Assembly (NCBI GenBank): GCA_017416465.1
Contig: JAFQCK010000073.1
Coordinates: 38,398-102,397 of the forward strand
From: Lachnospiraceae bacterium
GTDB lineage: Bacteria > Bacillota > Clostridia > Lachnospirales > Lachnospiraceae
Direction of reading: 5' to 3'
Length of the DNA: 64,000 bases
The first letter of the stretch is position 1; each line of letters starts with the position of its first letter. The notes beneath the pieces are model-generated. The model was not told the DNA's origin and made no database searches. It saw only the letters and a list, made by a program, of their open reading frames with translations. Shown one piece after another: positions 1 through 9,223 of this stretch. Made by a program: the position numbers and the translations under genes.

Positions 1-544
1 ATATAGCATACACTTTCTGATAGGGCTTTACCATAACATCCCTTATATCCTTTTTCAAGAGAGTATTTGGAACATTCAAATTAGTATTTCTATCTTTTAC
101 AAACCCTATACATCCACATATATTACCTGCCACTTTTTCTGTAAACAATCTTGGTCCCATATCCGTAAATTCACCTATCATTGTTACATTTTTCTTAATT
201 TTCATCATATTCTCTAATATATCTAATTTTTGTACAGTAGAACCATCCTTCGAAAATGCAAAATCACTTTCTTTCAATCTATTAGCTACACATTTCTCAT
301 AAAAATGAATTGATGAGTTAATTTCAGAATTAGATATTCTTATACCTGTCAGATGCATGAAATTCTTCCGTTGAAACGTCACCTCATATTTCTTCATATT
401 CAACAGCTTACCATTCTCTTCCTTCAATTCTTTTACTATTTCTGATGGAACTCCATACAAAAATAATATTTTTTTATCTTCAAGATTTTCTTTATATAAC
501 TGTGCTGACCTTGTCATAATTCTAATCGCTTGTTTCTTATCCAT
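1..544 (-). CDS. PBECR4-like (BECR-fold) putative endoribonuclease/toxin; 3' end runs off the window
   Basis: Not in the ORF track. Hand translation from ATG at 544 is open to the window edge (181 codons): MDKKQAIRIMTRSAQLYKENLEDKKILFLYG...YEVTFQRKNFMHLTGI...FYEKC...DGSTVQKLDIL...GCIGFVKD...VPNTLLKKDIRD. NFxHLTG and VPNTLL match my recollection of PBECR4 proteins. RBS-like AAGGATGGGG upstream. Confidence 0.75.
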   Translation of the reverse strand, partial: MDKKQAIRIMTRSAQLYKENLEDKKILFLYGVPSEIVKELKEENGKLLNMKKYEVTFQRKNFMHLTGIRISNSEINSSIHFYEKCVANRLKESDFAFSKDGSTVQKLDILENMMKIKKNVTMIGEFTDMGPRLFTEKVAGNICGCIGFVKDRNTNLNVPNTLLKKDIRDVMVKPYQKVYAI

Positions 545-572
545 AACCCCATCCTTATTGTTTAAATATTCT

Positions 573-613
573 AAAAGGGAATGTTATCGCCTCAGCATCA
601 AACATTCCCTTTT
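573..613 (-). terminator. Intrinsic terminator between the repeat RNA and the PBECR4-like gene
   Basis: 13-bp perfect inverted repeat aaaagggaatgtt (573-585) / aacattccctttt (601-613); ends in UUUU on the minus strand. Confidence 0.7.
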
Positions 614-763
614 TATTGGTTGATTTTTCCGTTGTCTGCCAACCTCCGGCACCTATGTCCGGAAAATATCAGGTTATACGTTGCCTGCCAACCTCCGGCA
701 CCTACGTCCGAAAAATATATCAGATTTTAGGTGTCAACCCACCGCTGATATACAGCTTTTTCT
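614..763 (-). ncRNA. Candidate structured tandem-repeat RNA (putative RNA antitoxin)
   Basis: Near-identical units at 630-672 and 679-723 (49-nt period; identical 20-nt core ctgccaacctccggcaccta), GC-rich against an AT-rich background, lying between a promoter and a terminator. Confidence 0.55.
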
Positions 764-769
764 AATTAC

Positions 770-798
770 ATTCTACAATACAAAAATATAAAATGCAA
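770..798 (-). promoter_or_regulatory. Sigma-70 promoter for the repeat RNA/PBECR4 unit
   Basis: Minus strand TTGCAT (793-798), 17 bp, TAGAAT (770-775). Confidence 0.65.
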
Positions 799-834
799 TT
801 ATATTTTACTATATTCAAAAAATAAAATTTTATT

Positions 835-2286
835 CTATATCCTCATAACCCTATCGCACATCTTATCAATAACATGTATATCATGTGAAATAAATAGCAT
901 TGTAAGATTAAATTCTTTCTGTAACGAAAGAAGAAGTTCCATAACTTGTGCCTGTATTGTTACATCAAGTGCGGACACAGGTTCGTCTGCTATTATAAAA
1001 TCTGCTCCACCTATTATTGCCAATGCAATACTTACTCTCTGTCTTTGACCACCACTTAATTCAGAAGGCTTTCTATTTATAAAACCTTCGGATAATCCGA
1101 CCTTTGAAAGCATTTTCTTAACTTTATTTTCTCTTTCTTCATTAGATAATTCTGTTCTTATTCTCAATGGTTCTTCTAAAATCCATCCAATTGTTTTGGC
1201 AGGATTTAATGAACTAAATGGGTCTTGAAAAACCATCTGGCTATGCTTTGCATTATTTATAACCTCTCCATCAAAATATTTATGAATTCCAAGTATTGTT
1301 TTTGAAATCGTAGTTTTTCCAAATCCACTTTTACCTACAAGACCAAGAATTTCACCTTTATATATCTCAAAACTAAGATTATTTATAACATAATCTCTTT
1401 TATTTCCTTCCATATAATAAATGCTTAAATCTTTTGCTTTAACCATTATATCTCTGGTAGTTTCTTTAAAAGGCTTTTTCCCTCTAGGTATTGAGGCAAT
1501 TAATTTCTTAGTATATTCCTCTTTAGGACTATTAATTATCTCAGAAGTTATTCCTTGCTCCACAATCTTCCCTTTATTCATTACAATTATCCGACTCGCC
1601 ATCTTTTCAACAACATTTAAATCGTGAGAAATCATAAGAATAGAAATTTGCTTTTCTTTATTAATCTTTTTTAACAATTCTAAAATCTGCTCCTGATTTT
1701 GAACATCCAATGCCGTTGTCGGTTCATCTGCAATAAGAAGCTTAGGATTACAAAGAGTCGCCATAGCTATCATAACTCTTTGTCTCATTCCCCCTGATAA
1801 TTCATGTGGATATTTATCATATAATTCTTCCGGTTCCGGCAAATCAACTTTTTCAAACATATCTACAACTATTTTTTTTATATCTTTCCGGATAAGCTTT
1901 CCATCTTTTTTAAATACGTTTTTATGAAGTTTTATCATTTCTGCAACCTGTTTACCAACCTTCATTACAGGATTTAATGATGTCATAGGTTCTTGAAATA
2001 TCATAGCTATCTCATCCCCCATATAATCTCTTCTCTCTTTTCTTGAAAGCGCTGTAAGCTCTACATTATCAAGATAGATTTTTCCTTTTATTTTTGCAGT
2101 CTTTTTTAAAAGTCCGATTATACTAAGGGCAGTCATTGATTTTCCCGAACCCGACTCTCCAACTATAGCAATTATCTCACCTTTTCCTATATCAAATGAA
2201 ACATCATCTACAACATTCCCATTTCCAATATCATCTTTGAATGAAACCGTAAGATTTTCTATTCTAATCATTTTTTTATCTTCCAA
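835..2286 (-). CDS. Peptide/nickel ABC transporter ATP-binding protein, two fused ATPase domains (OppD/F-like)
   Basis: Walker A motifs GESGSGKS and GKSGFGKTT; signatures LSGGMRQR and LSGGQRQR. Confidence 0.93.
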   Translation of the reverse strand: MEDKKMIRIENLTVSFKDDIGNGNVVDDVSFDIGKGEIIAIVGESGSGKSMTALSIIGLLKKTAKIKGKIYLDNVELTALSRKERRDYMGDEIAMIFQEPMTSLNPVMKVGKQVAEMIKLHKNVFKKDGKLIRKDIKKIVVDMFEKVDLPEPEELYDKYPHELSGGMRQRVMIAMATLCNPKLLIADEPTTALDVQNQEQILELLKKINKEKQISILMISHDLNVVEKMASRIIVMNKGKIVEQGITSEIINSPKEEYTKKLIASIPRGKKPFKETTRDIMVKAKDLSIYYMEGNKRDYVINNLSFEIYKGEILGLVGKSGFGKTTISKTILGIHKYFDGEVINNAKHSQMVFQDPFSSLNPAKTIGWILEEPLRIRTELSNEERENKVKKMLSKVGLSEGFINRKPSELSGGQRQRVSIALAIIGGADFIIADEPVSALDVTIQAQVMELLLSLQKEFNLTMLFISHDIHVIDKMCDRVMRI

Positions 2287-2322
2287 AACTTTTCTCCTAT
2301 ATGAAATCCTTAAGATAATCAG

Positions 2323-3159
2323 TTATTTCTTTTCTCCAATTGCTTCACTAATTAAAGCAAATGCTACTATCATAAATATTATTAATATTCCCGGAAATAC
2401 TGATGCCCATGGCGCCGAAATAATATATCCCTTAGCCTCTGACAACATTCTTCCAAGACTCGCATGGGGCGGTTGTACTCCAATGCCCAAGAAACTCATA
2501 CTCGATTCAGCAAGTACAGCATTATTAAACCCAATTGCAACCGAGGTTAAAATTGTCGGCATTGCATTTGGTAACATATGGACAAACATAACTCTTAAAT
2601 TTGATGCTCCCATTAATCTTGCACTCTTTACATAATCCATATGTTTAAGCCTTATAAATTCGCTTCTGACAATCCTTGCAAAACTCGGAATAAATATTAT
2701 TCCAAGCGAAACAATTATCTTATACCTGCCACTTCCTATTATACTTACAAAAATAAGTGCAAGTAAAATGCTCGGAAAAGAAGCCAATGCATCATTTATT
2801 CTCATTAAAATTTCATCTACTATTCCACCATAAAAACCTGTAAATGCACCAATAATTATTCCAAAAAACAATCCTATTAAAACCGTAGAAATAGCAACTA
2901 TAAATGTAACCTTAAGCCCTTCAATTGCTCTTACATATATATCTCTACCATAATTATCAGTTCCCATTATGTGTTCTATTGATGGCTTAGAATATTTAAG
3001 ACTTCCATTCATCTCATTTGGTCCATATGGCTGATAAAATTCATTTATTATAAGTAAAGTTAGTAAAACAATCATTATAATAAATCCAAGCGTCATACTT
3101 AAATTTATTTTTTTTCCTGATTTAAAAATATTTTTAAACAAATCTTTTAATCTCTTCAT
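2323..3159 (-). CDS. Peptide ABC transporter permease (OppC/DppC-like)
   Basis: MGTDNYGRD motif, EAA-like loop (YVKSARLMGAS), ESSMSFLGIG. Confidence 0.92.
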   Translation of the reverse strand: MKRLKDLFKNIFKSGKKINLSMTLGFIIMIVLLTLLIINEFYQPYGPNEMNGSLKYSKPSIEHIMGTDNYGRDIYVRAIEGLKVTFIVAISTVLIGLFFGIIIGAFTGFYGGIVDEILMRINDALASFPSILLALIFVSIIGSGRYKIIVSLGIIFIPSFARIVRSEFIRLKHMDYVKSARLMGASNLRVMFVHMLPNAMPTILTSVAIGFNNAVLAESSMSFLGIGVQPPHASLGRMLSEAKGYIISAPWASVFPGILIIFMIVAFALISEAIGEKK

Positions 3160-3165
3160 TCGTTT

Positions 3166-4104
3166 CTACCCCCTAACTCTCGGGTCTACAATGTAGTAAA
3201 GAATATCCACTATACAGTTTGTTATTATAACTATAAATGCAATATAGACAACTATAGCCTGCACCACCGGATAATCTCTGGTAGACACTGAATGTACTAA
3301 TATTGCAGATAGCCCCGGTAAATTAAATACCTGTTCTACCACAATACTTCCTGCCATAATTTCTGCAACAATCATTCCAAGCATCGTTATTGCCGGCATT
3401 AAACCATTTCTTAATACATGACAAAACAATACTCTATTATCACTTGCTCCTTTACTGTATGCAGTTCTTACATAATCTGAATCCATCTCATTCATAAGAG
3501 ATTTCTTCATAAATTTAACCATCATCGCAATCTTTGGAATAGCAACAGTTATTGCAGCGGGAATTATATATCTTATAAATCCTGCAAAATCTTCTCTATA
3601 ATCCACATATGCGCCAGGTATAAATACTTTCATTTTCAATCCAAACACAATAATTATTACAATTCCCAAGAAAAATGAAGGTATTGCCATAACTGACTGA
3701 TTGAATATATCAAATCCTTTTGAATATTTCTTCTTTCCAAATCTAGCCATAATAACTGCTAATGGTACCGATACTATAACAATTATAACAAATGTAAGTA
3801 TAGCAAGATATACTGTTACAGGAATCTTCGCACCTATAAGTTCCTCAACAGGAATTTTGTAAGTGTAAGAAGTCCCAAAATCACCTCTTACGAAATCCAT
3901 AAGCCATACAGCATATCTCTCTATTGCCGGTTTATCTAATCCTAGCTCCTCTCTCATGGCCTCAGCTCTTTCCGGAGTATATTCTGTCCCAAGAATAGAT
4001 GTAACCGGGTCTCCCGGTACAATTTGAAATAAAAAGAAGGCAATAAATGAAACAAGTAGTAATGTGCCAATTAATGTTATTATCTTTTTCACTAAATATT
4101 TCAT
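3166..4104 (-). CDS. Peptide ABC transporter permease (OppB/DppB-like)
   Basis: VPGDP, GDFGTS, DYVRTAYSKG motifs. Start moved to ATG 4104, which follows a GGAGG RBS. Confidence 0.92.
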   Translation of the reverse strand: MKYLVKKIITLIGTLLLVSFIAFFLFQIVPGDPVTSILGTEYTPERAEAMREELGLDKPAIERYAVWLMDFVRGDFGTSYTYKIPVEELIGAKIPVTVYLAILTFVIIVIVSVPLAVIMARFGKKKYSKGFDIFNQSVMAIPSFFLGIVIIIVFGLKMKVFIPGAYVDYREDFAGFIRYIIPAAITVAIPKIAMMVKFMKKSLMNEMDSDYVRTAYSKGASDNRVLFCHVLRNGLMPAITMLGMIVAEIMAGSIVVEQVFNLPGLSAILVHSVSTRDYPVVQAIVVYIAFIVIITNCIVDILYYIVDPRVRG

Positions 4105-4166
4105 TTTTTGCCTCCAACTCCAAAGCACTATTTCTTTGTTTTTTTAATAATCGTTGACTAAACTCT

Positions 4167-5678
4167 CTATTTATTTTTGATTGTTGACATATCCTGCACA
4201 AAAATAGGATAGAAAGTAAATCCTGTCAACTTCTTGTTAATAGCAACTCTTGATGGTGCATCCTGAATATATATTGCTACTGCATCATCAGATAAAATCT
4301 GTTGTAACTGATGATAATATTCAGCCTTTTTATCATCATCTACAGTTTCTATTGCTTTTTTGCAAAGTTCATCATATTCTGCATTAACATAATTACAGAA
4401 GTTCTTGCTATAATCCGAAGTATATCTGAGCATCATATCAGAAGGTGCAAGTTTTGCATCAATTCCAATAATTGTTGATTCAAATTGCCTATTTGTATAA
4501 ACATCGTTTACCCAGCTTGTCCAATCTATAAGTTCAATTTCTGCTGTTACACCAATCTTCTTGAGTTGTTCAACTATTACTTCGCCTGTACTAATATGGA
4601 ACTGATAATTTGACGGAATTGTCATCTTAAATGTAAATCCATTTTCATATCCTGCTTCTTTTAAAAGCTCCTTTGCCTTTTCCACATTATATGTGTAATC
4701 TTTTGAACAATCCTTATAATATTTTCCAAATCCACTAAACAACGCACTTCCAAGCATTGTTCCATCGCCACCTGATACTAAAGACATTATCTCTTCTCTG
4801 TCTATCGCATAGTATAAAGCTTTTCTTACTAATGGATTTTTAAAATATTCATTCTTATGATTTAGATATAAAGCCTGTGTAAGGTTTGAATTACCTACTG
4901 CTATATCCATACTAGCTGACAATTCAGTTGACTGACTATCTGTAAGGTATGGATAAATATCTATGGAACCACCTTGTAAATCAAGAATTACCGAATCCGT
5001 ATTCTGAACAATTCTAAATTCTACATTTGTCATCTCCGGCTTTTCGCCCCAATACTCATCAAATCTTGCAATCTTAAAATTCTGCTGTGGTGAGTATGAA
5101 ACAAATTTAAAAGGACCCGTTCCTACCGGTGCAGTTGCCTGATTCTCGTAATCACATGGAAGAATAGCAACTGTCATAAAACTGATTAACTCTGTATCAG
5201 CTTCTTTTAACATTACACTAACAGTAGAAGAGTCCTCTATATTAACACTTTCAATTTTTTTAAATGCACTAACAAGTGGCTCAGGATTTGATTCTAACAA
5301 TCCCGAATTACGCTCTATTGAATATTTAATATCCTCGGCCGTAACCTCTTTACCATTGTGGAATTTAACACCTTCTCTTAATGTGAATGTGTATACCTTT
5401 GCATCCTCTGATACATCATAATTGCTAGCTACTGCCGGAACCATATTGCCATTTTTATCAGGCTTTACCAAGCCTTCGAAAACATTGTATAAAACTTCTC
5501 TAGTTCCTGCCGTTTCTGCAAGATGCGGGTCAAGACTATCCAAATCGTTTTGTATACCTACAACTATTGAATCTTTCTTCCCGGAGGATGAACCCTCGCC
5601 ACTTCCGTTACCGCCAAAGCATGCTGTAAGTGCAGTACAGATGACAAGTGATAAGACTAATAAAATCTTCTTATTCAT
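4167..5678 (-). CDS. Peptide ABC transporter substrate-binding lipoprotein (family 5)
   Basis: Lipobox LTAC; LDPH, YTFTLREGVKFHNG and PVGTGPF motifs. Confidence 0.93.
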   Translation of the reverse strand: MNKKILLVLSLVICTALTACFGGNGSGEGSSSGKKDSIVVGIQNDLDSLDPHLAETAGTREVLYNVFEGLVKPDKNGNMVPAVASNYDVSEDAKVYTFTLREGVKFHNGKEVTAEDIKYSIERNSGLLESNPEPLVSAFKKIESVNIEDSSTVSVMLKEADTELISFMTVAILPCDYENQATAPVGTGPFKFVSYSPQQNFKIARFDEYWGEKPEMTNVEFRIVQNTDSVILDLQGGSIDIYPYLTDSQSTELSASMDIAVGNSNLTQALYLNHKNEYFKNPLVRKALYYAIDREEIMSLVSGGDGTMLGSALFSGFGKYYKDCSKDYTYNVEKAKELLKEAGYENGFTFKMTIPSNYQFHISTGEVIVEQLKKIGVTAEIELIDWTSWVNDVYTNRQFESTIIGIDAKLAPSDMMLRYTSDYSKNFCNYVNAEYDELCKKAIETVDDDKKAEYYHQLQQILSDDAVAIYIQDAPSRVAINKKLTGFTFYPIFVQDMSTIKNK

Positions 5679-5803
5679 TTAATCCTTCTTTCCGGTATAT
5701 CCACATATGAGAAATATTCCCATATCGTGAATATTTCCTAATGTTTTATTCTTTTTGGCACAAAAGACGATATCATTCTATACCTAACCTGTATAAAATG
5801 CAA

Positions 5804-7342
5804 CTAATTTTTTACAAAATACATTTCATACCATACAAGGAAAGTATATATTGTCCATACTTTTCTCCAATTATCCGAATTTCCACCTATATAATCATCA
5901 AAAATAGCTTTAATCTCTTCTACATTAAAGAACTTCTCTGCAATATCACTGTCAAACTTAGCTCTTACATCCTGATTATATCTGTCATCTGCCATCCATA
6001 TACGAATAGGTACAATAAAACCAAGTTTCTTACGAAATGCTATTTCTTCAGGTAATACTTTTGCTGCTGCTGTTCTAAACGCAACTTTGTTCTGTTCATC
6101 GTTCACTTTAAATCGTGATGGCATTCTTGATGCAATGTCAAAAATTCTCATATCCGTAAGTGGCATTCTCACCTCTAAGCCTGCTGCAGAACTCATCTTA
6201 TCAACATTTAAATAGATATCACCTTCAAGCCATATCTGTATATCAACATTAGACATCTTACTAAGTGGATCAAGTCCTTCTGTTTCGTTATAAATTTCTT
6301 TTACTATGTTTATAGGAAGTATATTTTCATTATATTTTTTAAGAATCTTTTTCTTTTCGTCTTCCTTCATTATATTTGTATTTCCCACGTAAAAAGTCTT
6401 AAGATTGTCCCCATAACGCTCCGCATTACGATACATATTATAGCCACCAAAAAATTCATCCGAACCTTCACCCGAATAACAAATATCTGTATGTTCTGAT
6501 GCAGCCTTGCAACCAAGTGCAAATACTAATGCCGACGCATCTCCTAACGGTTGCTCCATATTATACATTACATAAGGCACTACATCAAAATACTCTTCCG
6601 GTGTAACTCTCTGTCTGTTAAATTCTTTTCCTAACATATTCGCTGTTTCCAATGCAAGACCCGACTCATCAAATCTTTCATCCGCATATCCACAGGAATT
6701 AGCAGTATCAGCATCAGACATCGCTAATACATAAGATGAATCCACTCCTCCCGAAAGAAATGATTCCACTCTCTCATCATCAGCCTTTACTTCTTTCATA
6801 ATCATCTGCAATGTATTATGAATCTCATCAGCCCACTCTTCCAACGTCTTACTTTCATCAGGATTAAATTCCGGTTTCCAATACCTTACAATCTTGTACT
6901 CTCCATCTTTCCATTCCAGATATCTGCCAGGCAAAAGTTTCTTTATACCTTTAAAAAATGTCTCCTCACCTGCTACGTATGTAAGACTCAAATAAATCTG
7001 CAACATCTCTTCATTAAGTTCTTTCCTAAATCCGGGCTGTTCCATAATTTTTCTAATACTTGTTGAGTAAATAATACTTCCATCTTCTTTTACATAATAG
7101 AAAAATGGTTTAGTCCCAAATTGGTCTCTTAAACAAAACAATTTTTCTTCTTCACTATCCCAAAGTGCAAATGCAAACATTCCATATATATGGCTTGCCA
7201 TATCATTGCTCCATTTTTCATATGCTTTAATTAAAATACTATATTCACGTTCTTTTCTTGATAAATTCTTATCAATTCCAAGTTCGTTACAAAGTAACTC
7301 CCAATTACGAATGTGTCCGCTATATTCTTTAACTTCTATCAT
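5804..7342 (-). CDS. asnB: Asparagine synthetase B-like protein with truncated N-terminal glutaminase domain
   Basis: GMFAFALWD, RDQFGTKPF, FLSGGVDSS, SGEGSDEFFGGY and RKKLGF motifs; no N-terminal catalytic Cys. Confidence 0.8.
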   Translation of the reverse strand: MIEVKEYSGHIRNWELLCNELGIDKNLSRKEREYSILIKAYEKWSNDMASHIYGMFAFALWDSEEEKLFCLRDQFGTKPFFYYVKEDGSIIYSTSIRKIMEQPGFRKELNEEMLQIYLSLTYVAGEETFFKGIKKLLPGRYLEWKDGEYKIVRYWKPEFNPDESKTLEEWADEIHNTLQMIMKEVKADDERVESFLSGGVDSSYVLAMSDADTANSCGYADERFDESGLALETANMLGKEFNRQRVTPEEYFDVVPYVMYNMEQPLGDASALVFALGCKAASEHTDICYSGEGSDEFFGGYNMYRNAERYGDNLKTFYVGNTNIMKEDEKKKILKKYNENILPINIVKEIYNETEGLDPLSKMSNVDIQIWLEGDIYLNVDKMSSAAGLEVRMPLTDMRIFDIASRMPSRFKVNDEQNKVAFRTAAAKVLPEEIAFRKKLGFIVPIRIWMADDRYNQDVRAKFDSDIAEKFFNVEEIKAIFDDYIGGNSDNWRKVWTIYTFLVWYEMYFVKN

Positions 7343-7478
7343 CTTAAGTACCTCGTCTTAATTCTTTTACATATCAGAAAAATATCTATATTCAATTGTT
7401 ATTTTCTGAACATCTGTTAACTTTTGTATTTTAACATAATATTAAGATTAATTAAACCTATATATTAAAATGTTTAAA

Positions 7479-7874
7479 TCATTCATATACCGCTTTAGGA
7501 TATCCATTCTTAACATACAAGTCATTTGTCCTCTTATCCATAATATCATGCACTCTTACTACTTCATCTAAAATCAGTGTATCCATTCCCTCCAGTTTGA
7601 CTACTTTTTCCTTTAGCATATTCATATCTTTATTTAATACACTTACATTTTCTTTCAACTCACTTACGTCTTTCTTAAGTATACTTACGTCTTTCTTAAG
7701 TATACTTACATCTTTGTTTAATACGATTACATTTTTCTTAAGCATACTTACATCTTCTTTTAGTACATTTACATCTTCCTTTAATTCACTTACATCCTCC
7801 TTAACGCACTTCATATCAAGTGTCAAATCATCCAACTTATTAATTATTAAATCAAATTTTTCATCACTACTCAT
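7479..7874 (-). CDS. Heptad-repeat coiled-coil protein (DVSxLKK repeats)
   Basis: About 8-9 tandem 21-nt repeats. AGGAGG RBS before ATG 7874. Paralogous to 34467-34763. Confidence 0.8.
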   Translation of the reverse strand: MSSDEKFDLIINKLDDLTLDMKCVKEDVSELKEDVNVLKEDVSMLKKNVIVLNKDVSILKKDVSILKKDVSELKENVSVLNKDMNMLKEKVVKLEGMDTLILDEVVRVHDIMDKRTNDLYVKNGYPKAVYE

Positions 7875-7907
7875 AGTACTGTCTCCTCCTACATCTTTAT
7901 TAGTCAC

Positions 7908-7936
7908 ATTTTAACATTTGATGTATTTTTTGTCAA
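7908..7936 (-). promoter_or_regulatory. Sigma-70 promoter of coiled-coil gene 1
   Basis: TTGACA, 17 bp, TAAAAT with an extended -10 TG; same layout at 34800-34828. Confidence 0.75.
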
Positions 7937-8044
7937 TCTTAATTTTTAAATTTATTTTACAACCCATTTTTTAGTAAAAAAATTCGCAGAGAAAACTTAC
8001 ATATCGTCTCTACGAACTTATTTTATTATTATTGAAATATTATT

Positions 8045-8548
8045 TTACAATACTTTCTTATAATAGCAATATTTTTCCCCTTCACTAGTAACATCTTCTA
8101 CATAAATAAATCCTAATTTTTCTGCCAGTTTTTTTGACGCCACATTTTCTTTTTTCATAAAACATACCATTTCATTTTCAAAAAGTAAGTCTTTAACAAA
8201 GCCACAAATCGCTTCACATATTTCAAATGCGTAACCTTGATTTTGAAATTCTTCTGCTATAACATAACCAAGTTCCAACTTAGTCTCACCATCAACTTCT
8301 CTATTACTAAGTCCGGCTCTTCCGATTATTTCATCATCTTCCTTTCTGACTACAAGCCAAAACCCATAACCATAAAAATTATACATATTTTTTATATATG
8401 CTAAAGTGTAATTATATTCCTCTTCGTAATCCTCATATAATACTTCCATATATCTTGTAATATTGGAAGATGAATATATCTCATAAAGTCTATCTAAATC
8501 TTTAATAGTCTGTTCTCTCAGATACAGTCTATCTGTATCAAGTACTCT
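8045..8548 (-). CDS. RimJ/RimL-type GNAT acetyltransferase domain, in frame with the upstream HAD gene
   Basis: ELGYVI...FQNQGYAFE and NVASKKLAEKLGF motifs. The frame is open from 8548 (RVLDTDRLYLREQT...), directly after the HAD stop codon. Confidence 0.75.
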   Translation of the reverse strand, partial: RVLDTDRLYLREQTIKDLDRLYEIYSSSNITRYMEVLYEDYEEEYNYTLAYIKNMYNFYGYGFWLVVRKEDDEIIGRAGLSNREVDGETKLELGYVIAEEFQNQGYAFEICEAICGFVKDLLFENEMVCFMKKENVASKKLAEKLGFIYVEDVTSEGEKYCYYKKVL

Positions 8549-9223
8549 TCATGGTTCACCTTTCTTGTGACAATAAATCATCTCAAAATATTTTGCATCA
8601 ATCTCCTCAAATCCTTGAATTATATAGTCTGCATATGAAGTATCCACTTTTCCCATTGAAAGATTCTCATACATTACACATACCATATTCGCATTTTTTG
8701 CTGCCTTCATTCCATTCAAAGAATCCTCTATCACAAGACATTCTTCCGGTAACACAGACAGTAATTCTGCTGCTCTTAGAAATGTATCTGGTGCAGGTTT
8801 AGGATTTTTTACAGTCTTACCACTTACAAGCACATCAAACTTTTCATAAACTCCAAGTTTTTTTACAGTTTCTTCTATTCTATTAATTCCCGACGAAGAA
8901 GCTACTGCAAGCTTTATTCCTGCAGCCGAAATATTATTTATAAGCTCTTTAGCTCCTTTCATGATAGGATATCCCATGCTGCCATTTATTTCTCTCACAA
9001 ATTCATCTGACATATCCATTAAATCTTCATCGGTAAGACTCAAATTAAAATCTTTAATAACCTTTGCCCACATATAATCAGTAGTACTTCCAACAAACTG
9101 TAAATAATATTCCCTATCAAATTTAATATTAAGAGTGTTCATTAACATCTTAAATGCTTCCATATGAACCGGTTCGCTATCAATTAATACTCCATCCATA
9201 TCAAAAATTACTGCTTTTAACAT
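8549..9223 (-). CDS. HAD-superfamily phosphatase (beta-phosphoglucomutase-like)
   Basis: FDMDGVLIDSE, KPAPD and IEDSLNG motifs. Confidence 0.9.
   Translation of the reverse strand: MLKAVIFDMDGVLIDSEPVHMEAFKMLMNTLNIKFDREYYLQFVGSTTDYMWAKVIKDFNLSLTDEDLMDMSDEFVREINGSMGYPIMKGAKELINNISAAGIKLAVASSSGINRIEETVKKLGVYEKFDVLVSGKTVKNPKPAPDTFLRAAELLSVLPEECLVIEDSLNGMKAAKNANMVCVMYENLSMGKVDTSYADYIIQGFEEIDAKYFEMIYCHKKGEP

Noticed and set aside
630-723. CRISPR mini-array interpretation of the tandem repeats
   Set aside because: Only two units separated by about 6 nt, no spacer-sized unique sequence, and no cas genes in view.
7600-7810. 21-nt tandem repeats as a CRISPR or non-coding VNTR; antisense ORF 7597-7914
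   Set aside because: The repeats encode heptads in the minus-strand ORF, which has an RBS and promoter; the plus-strand ORF is its shadow.
8549-8551. Genome-wide TGA reassignment
   Set aside because: TGA terminates conserved genes at expected positions (e.g. secA), and prfB with its TGA-dependent frameshift is intact.
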